From assembly GCA_044892525.1 (NCBI GenBank), contig CM097885.1, positions 226,424,001 to 226,488,000 of the forward strand: a stretch of 64,000 nucleotides of DNA. The letters are read 5' to 3'. The notes below the pieces were generated by a model. That model searched no databases. It had not been told where the DNA came from and saw only the letters and a list, made by a program, of their open reading frames with translations. Made by a program: the position numbers and the translations under genes. This stretch comes from Schmidtea polychroa (taxonomy: Eukaryota). Of the stretch, positions 24,301 through 34,000 are shown one piece after another. Each line of letters starts with the position of its first letter. Position 1 is the stretch's first letter.

Positions 24301-26428
24301 CAGATCCTGCAGACGAACCCCATGGGAAAGAGTGTGGAATGCAGAAAATAAGGAATGGGAAATCCGGAAAGGGATCTTCGTAGAAACAGACATTGGTGAG
24401 ACAGAAAGTGAATCGGAGGAAGAAGAAGAGGAACCTCCAGAATATGAAGAGGAAGCAAGGGTACAGACATCAGATGACGAAGGCGAGACGGATGTCACAT
24501 CAGAAAGCGAAAATGAAGCGAGACATATTCATGCAATGAGGAAAAAGGAACGTGAATATGCTGATATGGACGGCGAGGAAGCAATAGAAGCAAGAGAGCG
24601 AGAAGAGAAAGAAAGATATAAACAATTAGGCGATATTTTAGCAATGGGAGCGAAAAATCAAAAACGCCAGGTAGTAGCGTTGGCTAATATCATCTTAAAA
24701 ACATCAGAGAACATCCACAATCTGAGGGGAATGGCAAAGGCAATAGAGGAATACCGGCAATATAATGAATGGTATCCAGAACAGCTAGAACAAATTATTC
24801 GAAAATGGAGAAATCAGGAATGGGCACAAGACACTCAGGAGAGGTATCACATCCGAATCAAGTATCCGGACAAGAGCATCGAGGAACTAGAGGTGCATCC
24901 AACAACAAAGATTAGAGAATTAAAAAAGAAATTAGCATATGAAACTCCATTCCATCTGCAACTATTCGGAAAATCACTAGACGATAATGCAGACGTCGGA
25001 ATAACACCCATGAGATTGGAAGAGACAAATGTGTTAACAATGGCAGAAACGTTGGGAAAGCCGTTAAAAAGGAAAAGTAAAATTACTAAACTAACAAAAG
25101 GCAGTTTGAGTACTCCAAGTCCGAACAAAGCACCAAGTAAATCTAATGAAACTGAAGAAGTTGAAGAGATAATCCTGGAAGATAGTGACGATGAACCAGG
25201 AGAAAGATCACCGCTATTAGTGAGATGGCCGACAGGAGCCGAAATGTGGACTAATAACCAGCCATCAACGAGTTATCAACAACCAACGAAACTGAACATC
25301 AAAGAAATCATCGACAATACTACGGAAACCGAAACGGATGAACAATTCCAGAAGCAAAGAGAACCAACGAAAGTAACACCAGAAGGTCAAACCGATAAAA
25401 TAATAGACGAATGGAATGAGTGGCTAAGAAATAACGATAGCTCATTACCCAGAACGGACAACGAAAGAAATCCGAATTACGAAAATACCAGAGAAGCCGG
25501 AACGATGATGGAAAAACGGGCAAAAGGAAGACCTAAGAAACAAGGAGAAAAGTCTGAGTTCAAAACCAAAGAACAATTAAAGCAAGAACAAGGGCAAGTT
25601 CGATTAGAAAAATTGGATAAAATAGTATGGGATCTAAAGGAAGCCCAACCAACGACCGAAAGAGGAGAAAAATGGATACGAGAATTGATCAAAGATATGT
25701 TAATAATAACAAACCCACAACTTAGACGTTCGTGGCAACGGAAAGTAGCCAGCACGGAAGCTAGACAATTATGGCACACCATTTCGGGGATAATCCCAAA
25801 GTTAATCAAAGAGAAAACGAAAACCACCAAAACGGATTGGGACGAAACAAAGAGAGTGATTGAGCAGCTCACGACAAATGCAAATGATGACGAACATCAT
25901 CTAGTGGTAATCACTTATTTGATGTATAATTTGATGGGACTAGCTGCGAGGAAAATACCAAATAAACAGTTTGCAAATCATGTGGAAATGACCGTTTCAA
26001 TCATAGAGAATACTATTGAACCACATATTATTCGTGCCGGAGGATGGAAAAGACTTATACAAGCGCCACGAAAAAATGAGCAAGAAAGGTCGATGCAAGT
26101 TAGATTGAAGAAGTTGTTGAATGAACTAGAATGGGAACTACCCATGAAAGACCCAGCAAGCCGAAAAGCATCGATAAATTCGTTAATGATGACTATGATG
26201 ATATGGATGTTGTGCACAAGTGGAGCAACAGGTTTTACCATCTACGATTGTGATAATATGATCACCCAACAAATTAGACATAGTAAGAACAAAAGTTACT
26301 TACCATGTATATCAAGAATCAGATTTCATCAGAACGCAAGCAAGGGAATGCGTGGTATCAAAAAAGGTACTCGCATATTACTGTGGACAATATTCGTATT
26401 CGACTCTTATACTACCTGGTCTGGATAA
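21383..26428 (+). CDS. gag: Gag polyprotein: capsid, 3 CCHC, 3 ubiquitin-like folds, Bcl-2-like domain, signal peptide and start of the envelope glycoprotein
   Basis: Capsid motif FRGEPFNGN...ANRKQRVNESITLYASELRRLA. CCHC knuckles at 22136-22288. Ubl-like segments at 23378-23597, 23897-24148 and 24842-25042. BH2-like IEPHIIRAGGWKRLI. Signal peptide ending GATG|FTIYDC. The frame is open from 21038. Confidence 0.93.
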   Translation: MTNVVKTDEYKEKFRGEPFNGNANKLAPFITNFEVYITVCGWTPEAISKRMPLFLCDSALEVYLEAKERDTKLEKWEDIKTFLKKTFGASKPVNQALGELANRKQRVNESITLYASELRRLAKKAMNGKLPEENLIGYFIEGLRREEVRASVGCQMCKTLEEAIDWATRCELHLPAQMNIMQEEGRIATAIAKADNGDNNNQELKMNQFIPGAHQIFKPPQGRSNGNNGNRNNLNNENNFNNRRNMNDNKQCRTCGKPGHWDRDCYRNSNCNRCGRRGHTENVCQLRGCFNCGQPGHISRDCRERGQQQRPPPRNNNYMANPQRQNNPSEGKQMNVMQEISQMKQMMQQMMRPRPESAPQQTQNIRMMRSTENLNNYEVHQHVQEWQRLQAEEERIKQERNQQRQEQPLRINMMKLVKDMKSQYCYNYGKNPRVVPMTEPEKVTETTTEMKTENSTTILKGNQRIQKIFWKKIKDKIEKEHNKAKAETEDENNKSKEQTSQLNHQMLQELESEETTIFERKKLKRVPRMRNLQINMMKRTKDVASSDEEEDYVSSLGGEILQLNEISEPPKGEIKEEESESEITSGSEDEDIEIKLRKAREEAIKQVAEILPAVVRNQEFIDVISFRRFVQKVMKLERNEKDLIPNEEKSIIKKYMEKMKQADTTRYVIKIGTSRGLERMWIKNTVTDELFDWIREHLGDSRKKEYLYQYQGEQIKPDMHLVDALIWPGETQILKLHKEKQPANLYDWAKDAKAEYDFNIKLKLEQIKQCTLRRNLDKLIKKIQEQVEDNWDLLITRRAPAMYELMTQLRDTEMLRMSDWRTINLIHKYGRLKETQPQRLEITIWLPNEEKRRIKMSNQSTVDDLVSKINQEITEKVRSESIDGMVDDVVMMYDKIILRAEDDTSLSEMGMWDNHQIIRIVPMDEFRTRDVTYQKEIRDRMKTLYQKSTEIIKIHQQWLKEKELQGKITKLSTRSCRRTPWERVWNAENKEWEIRKGIFVETDIGETESESEEEEEEPPEYEEEARVQTSDDEGETDVTSESENEARHIHAMRKKEREYADMDGEEAIEAREREEKERYKQLGDILAMGAKNQKRQVVALANIILKTSENIHNLRGMAKAIEEYRQYNEWYPEQLEQIIRKWRNQEWAQDTQERYHIRIKYPDKSIEELEVHPTTKIRELKKKLAYETPFHLQLFGKSLDDNADVGITPMRLEETNVLTMAETLGKPLKRKSKITKLTKGSLSTPSPNKAPSKSNETEEVEEIILEDSDDEPGERSPLLVRWPTGAEMWTNNQPSTSYQQPTKLNIKEIIDNTTETETDEQFQKQREPTKVTPEGQTDKIIDEWNEWLRNNDSSLPRTDNERNPNYENTREAGTMMEKRAKGRPKKQGEKSEFKTKEQLKQEQGQVRLEKLDKIVWDLKEAQPTTERGEKWIRELIKDMLIITNPQLRRSWQRKVASTEARQLWHTISGIIPKLIKEKTKTTKTDWDETKRVIEQLTTNANDDEHHLVVITYLMYNLMGLAARKIPNKQFANHVEMTVSIIENTIEPHIIRAGGWKRLIQAPRKNEQERSMQVRLKKLLNELEWELPMKDPASRKASINSLMMTMMIWMLCTSGATGFTIYDCDNMITQQIRHSKNKSYLPCISRIRFHQNASKGMRGIKKGTRILLWTIFVFDSYTTWSG

Positions 26429-28030
26429 AGAAATCGTATCAATACAACGAGAGGACTGTAAAGAGCTATTTAGAACCGGAGCGCTAAAAATGCATAACGG
26501 AGTGACGATTCACGGACAAACTGGAATGATTAAAACCGAAAGCGTTTATGTATCCGGAAAAGTAAAATCATCAGATGGGTCATGTAACGGAGGTACGTAT
26601 ACGATCCGAGGCGAGGTAATATCGGGAGTAGTAGTGATCGAGTCTTACACGGTCGAATTAAAAGAATACGAAGCGCAATTTGACGCAAATAATTACCAAA
26701 TGAAGACCAACCCAGCGTGTAGAGCTACAGAAAACGTATGTAGGACAGGAGTATCAACTATAATCTATGAAGCTAATACCCAAAAATGCCGACTCCAACT
26801 GTTAAAAAGTGCTTTGTTCAATGAAGTAAAAGGAGAAATATATGAGAACGAGAACGACGAGGATGGAAACGACAGAGTGAGAATGCGAAATGGAAAACCA
26901 ATGCCACCATCTCCCAGAGAAAAGAGACTTTCAACGCAGAAGACACCAACAGCATTAATCACGGACGATCCAGATCTAGGTATGAGATTTATCAAAGAGA
27001 AAGAAACCACCAAATGTGACAGTATAGTATATAAAACCAATTACGCAGGTATCTATATGTCGAGACAAATAATCGATAGAGCAGTGGGAAAGATAGCAAC
27101 GGAGGACGTAAAACTATACTTATATGCAAATAATAAAATGGATTTTCTATTTCATCGCGGACAAACGACCTTGCAAAAAGTATATTACGATCTGATACAA
27201 AACGATTGTTCATTGAATAAAGAAATATTGAAAACAAAGCTAGCTATTGCGATAACACACCCAGATAACACGATGCCATCACTCCCATTACCAGACGGAC
27301 ATTTTGGTAGAATGGTAGGAGAAGTGATGTACACATACCAGTGTACCAAGACGTATGCACGAATGCCAGAAAAATCCATACTACCCGAAAAGAGATGTGC
27401 AAACGAATTAGAAATCCGTTATAAGGGACAAAATCGATTCGTCCAACCAGTCACGAGAATTATGAATCCAGTGGGTTTCTACCCAAATCTCTTTAACTGT
27501 TCTAATGCATACGGACCTTTATACGAAAGACCCGATGGGAAATGGATGATGCTACCGGGAAAAACCATATCCGAGGAACCCAAGAAATTTGGATTAATAG
27601 AACTCGCCACAGAGCTGGATTTCAAACCTATAGACGTGTCAAACGGTGGTATGTATTCCCCAGAAGATCTAGAAACAGCACGACTTAACGTACTCTTCCC
27701 AGCCATACGAGAATCCATTTTGTCAAATATGGTTACAATAACGGGGGGAACAAATTATCAATCAGGCCCGAATTACGAGCTGCTACTATCGCCAGACCAT
27801 TTTCAACAAGCCACATCAAACATGATGAAAGCAATGTGGGGAAGATTCTTAGTTTTTGGACAAATGATGGCCGGAATACTGGGGATCATACTCATAATTC
27901 AGATAGTCAGGGTAATACTAACACAAATGTTAGCTTGTTTTGATATATACAAGCGAGAAAAGAAAGTAAATTGGAAAATGATAGTAGGCTTTTTACCATT
28001 TTTAGCTAAAACCATGGTATTACATGGTCA
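26168..28030 (+). other. env: Chuvirus-G/herpes gB-like class III fusion glycoprotein (split by a frame change near 26260)
   Basis: Signal peptide + YDC; C-V-x6-YYCG; DGSCNGG; NNKMDFL; C.L.KEIL; GEVMYTYQC; RCANEL...FVQPVTRI...C...GPLY; NGGMY; TM FLVFGQMMAGILGIILIIQIVRVIL. Confidence 0.75.
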
Positions 28031-31000
28031 CTCAAAAGACATCCATCGGATAAAGCGATTGATTAAAATCTTAACAAAGATTAAAGGAACAAACGAGGAA
28101 GTAGGTAGACGATTCCGAAAAACCATGTACGATGAAGCAACAAGAAGACAATTGAAAAAGAACAAGCCAAAATTCTTGGACCGATTTAGAAGCCAATCAT
28201 CTAACAGCGATAGTGACGACGATGATAACGGGAACGATAAATGTTTATATCCAAACAGAAACCCAAACGAAAAACCAATGGAAACGGCACCATATTGGGA
28301 AAAGGAAAAGACAAATACCTGGATCGCCAATGGAAGCTATATACCGCCAGATGTCGTGGGACCACAGGCAGCTTTGACCATGACACAAAACATGTATCCG
28401 CAATTACCGAGTCAACCCGGTATGCATTATATGCCAACACGACGTACCAAAAGTGTAGATCAAGCAGATGACGTAAGAACAATAGCAGCGATGAGCTTAC
28501 CTGGAGGTCCAGCAGTAACAGTCATGATTCAAATCAATGGTAAAGAAACCAATGCTATGATAGACACAGGAGCTAATGTATCAGCGATAGCGATTAATCA
28601 AATCCCCAGTAAGCACTGGAAAGATATCGAATCAACAACAATTCACATCATAGCATGTAGTAAAGAAACAGTGGACGTGGTCGGAAGATGGTGGACTACA
28701 TTGAGATACCAGGATAACGAAATCGAAACGTATTTGGCAGTAATACCAAACCTTAGCGTACCATGCATAATCGGAACGGACCTGATGCCGGAATTATTAA
28801 AAGAAGTGGTGATCGATTTAACAACCATGTGTTTAAAAGACAAAACAGGCAGAATATGCAAAATGAATGCCATAATCAGATGTCCAGAGAAAATTGTGGT
28901 ACCAGCAAAATCACAGATGATTTGTCAGATAAAAGTGGATACGGGTATGGAAGGAGAAGTTATCTTTGAACCAAGCAAGTCATTTGAAAAGCGACGAGAG
29001 TTACCACTCGCAAGGGAAATAATCACAATAAACCAAGAAGGAGTGATACCGCTCAACATCACGAATTTCGAAGAGGAAGACAAAATCATTTATGAGAACG
29101 AAAAATTGGGAAGATTGACCCCAATGATGGACATAGAATTACCGAAAGTGACCAACGAGATGATCAAAGATGATGAATTATGGACAATAGATAGTATGTT
29201 GTTGACGAATGATGAAAAGAAAAAATTGCACCGATTGTTGGTAGAATATAAAGATATATTCGCCATCTCAGATTTAGACTTGGGTACATGCGATGTTACC
29301 CTACATGCAATACCCCTCATAGATGAAACTCCAATTGCATTAAGACCATACAAGCTAGCAGAAATGCAAAAAGAAATAGCCGAAGCAGAAGTACAAAAGA
29401 TGCTAGACGCAAAAGTAATCGAACCGAGTTGCTCACCCTGGCAATTCCCAGTGGTCATGGTAAAAAAGAAAGATGGCACCCAACGATTCTGTATCGATTA
29501 TCGGAAGTTAAACGCAGTAACCAAGAGAGATACCTATCCATTGCCGGACATCAATGAAATGTTATTGATGTTGCAAGGGGCAGCATATTTTACTTCTTTA
29601 GATCTAAAAAGTGGATACTGGCAGATTAAAGTCAAAGATGAGGACAAAGAGAAAACAGCTTTCACGCTGGGACGAGATCTATATCAGTTCAGAAAAATGC
29701 CATTCGGACTGACCAACGCACCAGCATCATTTCAAAGGTGTATGAACTTCGTCACGCATGGAATCAAACAATGTATGGTATATATTGATGATTTGCTAAT
29801 CTATTCAGCGACATTCGAACAACATCTGGAGGATATCCGAAATGTATTTATTAGATTAAGACAATGGAAACTCAAGCTCAAACCTTCGAAATGCGATTGG
29901 GCAAAGGAAAAAGTCACGTTTTTAGGACACATAGTGTCAGCTAAAGGAAAGGAGCCAGACCCAAGAAACATTGAGAAAATAAAAACATGTCCAGCACCGA
30001 AAACTGTCACCCAAGTTCAGGAATTTCTAGGATTATGCGGATACTATCGCAAATTTATCAAAAATTATGCAGGAATTGCAAAACCAATCCAGGAATTAGT
30101 AAAGAAGGACATTTCGTTCATTTGGGGGAAGGAACAACAAGAGGCGTTCGAAACGCTGAGAGATAAACTAATCGAAGCACCTATCCTCGTACACCCAGAT
30201 TTTAAGAAGCCATTTCTATTGGCAACGGATGCAAGCGGGTACGCGGCAGGCGCGATTCTGGGACAATTAGACGATGAAGGAAAAGAGAGAGTAATCGGGT
30301 ATTACAGTCGAACATTCAAAAAGCACGAAAAGAACTATTCGGTAACAGAACGAGAAGCATTGGCTATAATACAAGCTATCAAACACTTCCGATATTTACT
30401 ATGGGGACATGAGATATGCATAACCACAGATCATCAACCATTAGTGTGGTTAGGGCAACATAAAGAAGCGTCCAGTAGACTGATGAGATGGGCCATGCAA
30501 TTGCAAGAATACTCCCCATTTATAAAATTCAAAGCAGGAAGAGCAAATGCCAACGCCGACTGTATGTCAAGATTTATTTTTCCAGATTTGGTGGATTCAG
30601 AAATGCAACGCATATGCTTAATAGTAGCGGAAGATTTGGATTTCTGTCAATTGCGAAAAGACCAACAAGGGGACGCGGAATTAAAACAAATTATCGATTA
30701 TGTAAAAACCGGAAAGACGGATGCATATGCGAAAGACCCAAAATTAAAAGAACATATGGATAAACACCGACACCGATATATTATAGAAAAAGATTGGTTG
30801 CTGATAATGGATGGAGAGAAGAGGTTAATGTGTATACCGGAAAACCGACGAAAAGAGTTACTAACGCAATATCACGATGGGAGATTGGGAGGACATATGT
30901 CATCGAAAAAGACGTTAGCAAGAATGAAACAGAAATATTTTTGGCCTACGTTAACTGAAGATGTAACCGAATGGGTAAAAAATTGTCTAACTTGTGCAAC

Positions 31001-34000
31001 CAGGAAGAATACTGGATCGAAATGGAAAGCACCTTTAACGCCAATGCCAGTACCAATAGAACCAATGACAATGATATCAATGGATGTAGTCGGTCCATTG
31101 CCAGAATCGGATAAAGGAAACGTTTATATTCTAGTGATTACAGACTTTCTCACGAAATTTCCAGAAGCATTCGCGATGCCAGACCAAAAAGCTAAAACAA
31201 TCGCAAAAATTTTGGTAGAAGAGATATGTTGCCGATATGGAACACCAAAACAAATATTAACCGATCAGGGAACTAATTTTATGAGTGAGATAATGAGCGA
31301 AGTAACAAATTACTTCAAAATAGCAAAACTAAGAACATCTCCATATCACCCTCAAACCAATGGGATGACGGAAAGATTTAATGGAACGCTTATACAAATG
31401 TTATCAAACTACGTCGACCGTCACCAACGAGATTGGGACGAATATATAAACCTATGTCTTATGGCATACAGAATGTCGATTCACGCATCAACAAAAATGA
31501 GCCCATTCAAATTAATGTACGGAAGAGAATGTAATATGCCAATGGACCTGGAATACCAACCACCGATATCGCAGTATATGGAGATCGACGATTATGTTAC
31601 GAAATTCAAGGAAAGGATGCAAGAAATTTGGGAAACTGCGGGATTAAATATCAAGTTCTACCAGGAAAGTTATAAAGATTTACACGATCGAAAGAAAAAC
31701 GTGAAGCAACATACGTTTCAAACAGGTGATTGGGTAATGATAGAAACCCCGGAATTAATTCCAGGAACCACAAGAAAATTACAACGGAACGGAAAAGGGC
31801 CATATGAGATCCTATTTGTAGGCGAAACCAACGTTAGAGTGAAGTTGATAAATAATCCATTCACCAGGCCAATATACGTAAACGTGGCACGATGTAAATC
31901 AATTCCAAAAACCGCCACCAGTCAACCGGAAGGTCGAACATTAACCACACGTTCGCAAACATACAGAATGAACATGATGCAACAACTCGCAGAACCTATC
32001 CCTGGACGATCGGGCATACAACCATCGGAAGCGGAAAAAATCGTACGAGAGGTAAAGATAAAATTACCCGGATGGGCAAAAGATCGATTAGATTTCGAAA
32101 TATTAGGAGGATTATTGACGATGATCGAAAACTATGCAAATAGAGAAAGGACACACCCGTTATTGCGAGTAGTTAAAAGTCAATGGCCAATATTATTTAC
32201 AATAACGGATCATTATGGAGACACACCATTACACAAACTCATGAAAGTAGGTAACAACGAGCAAATACTAGAAACAATAGAAGCATTTCACGACTGCAAG
32301 CGATCAACAGAACAAGAAAACAACCAAGGTTACACACCATTAATGATAGCAGCAAACAGAGGCAAAACCAAAGACATTATAACCGCATTACTTGATACGG
32401 GATCAAAAATAACTACACAAGACCACGAGCGGAAAAATGCACTACATCATGCTATCGAAGGGAAAAGTACCGAGGCGTTCACGTCATTGATGGAACTACT
32501 ATCATATGAGGACAATCGAGAAGTCGGAAACATGTATGAGGGATTGTTAACAGCGATCAAAGAAAAACTGACGACAATTACCGGAATATTAATTACATGG
32601 AGAAATCCAATTCAAAACGATTATATGATCAACGTAAACGAAGCGTTCACGAAAGGAGAGAACACGCTGATGAGAGAAGCTATGAAAGGACATCATTTAT
32701 TCGAAATTCCGAATCAATTACTAGAACGAGGGATAAAATTCACAAATCATAAAGATGAACAGTTAGCAAAAAAGCGAATCGACACATTCGAAAAATCAAT
32801 ATTCCAATTTACTAGCCAAGTACGAAATAAATATTGGGAAACGGTAAGTGTGTTATATATGATGGACACAATGAATAACATCCGCGAGAATTACCTGGAT
32901 ATTATCCAAATACTTACAGCAGAGGAACGAATCAATAATCCAAACGGAAAGAAAACGAAAATAAGGTATGAGAAACCGAGGGAATCAAAGTCAACAACGA
33001 ACCAAACGGTCACAAACCACGTCATTGAAACAAAATCAATGAGTATAGATCAAGAGGCAATAATACGCAAAGCAAAAGAAGTGTTCTTTGAGGAAATGCT
33101 AGAGCTGCCAGACGAAATAATATTGTCCAAAATAATAAAAGCCGTACACACATACGCAAGAGATCAAACCACGGGTTTAGATATCGGGAAAATCAAAACC
33201 TTCTTGCCTCGAGCATTTACGATGGTAACAAAGGATTCCCGAACACCTCTACAACAAGCAATATTAGCTGCAAAAGAGAATAGAGCAATAACGATCATGA
33301 GAATCCTTGGGGAGATGGGCGAGGAAACCAACACGAAAAATGAACAAGGTGAAACCGCCATGATGTATGCAGCTATAACGAAAATACACCCAAAAACACT
33401 CCACATCCTACATCAATCAGGATCGAAACTAGACGAAAGGTCCAATGAAGGAAATTCCACCTTGGACTGGGCAACCATACAACTAAACTTAGAAATGATC
33501 AGATTTATTTGCAAAAATGCGACAAAAGAAGAAGTTGAAAATATGTGCAAAAACACATCTCAGTTTCAATGGAATACGGTACGGAAAAATCTAGAAGCAA
33601 TGAAATTATTATTAACCTGGAGAGTACCACAAAATAATAAATATGCGATAAATGTAAACGAATTCTACGAAAACGGAGAAAATGCGATGGTAAAGAATAC
33701 CCTAACTAAGGGGGGGACGCCTAAAATTATTTTAATAGTATTAAATAGAGAAGACCTAAAATTCACGCAAAATCAGAACGAGCAACAACGAATTGGGAAA
33801 CATCGTCGTATGCAATTGAGAGAGTTAGTTAAAGAATGGAATAGAAAGAGACATGCTGCAACGGGTAGAAAAGAGTTTGAATTCGAAGCAAAATTAGCAA
33901 GAAACAGAGTGCTAACAGCATATCGCAGATTATTGAACGATATAAATGTCGAGGACGACATTTTAAATGACAGCGGGGGAGATAAACACGATGACAATGA

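Noticed and set aside
26255-26300. Ty1/Ty3-type programmed +1 or retroviral -1 slippery site
   Set aside because: No CTTAGGC, GCGAGTT or X XXY YYZ heptamer lies at the required position; the question is left open in the findings.
28860-29130. dUTPase between PR and RT
   Set aside because: The beta-rich linker lacks recognisable dUTPase catalytic motifs; similar spacers are common in gypsy Pol.
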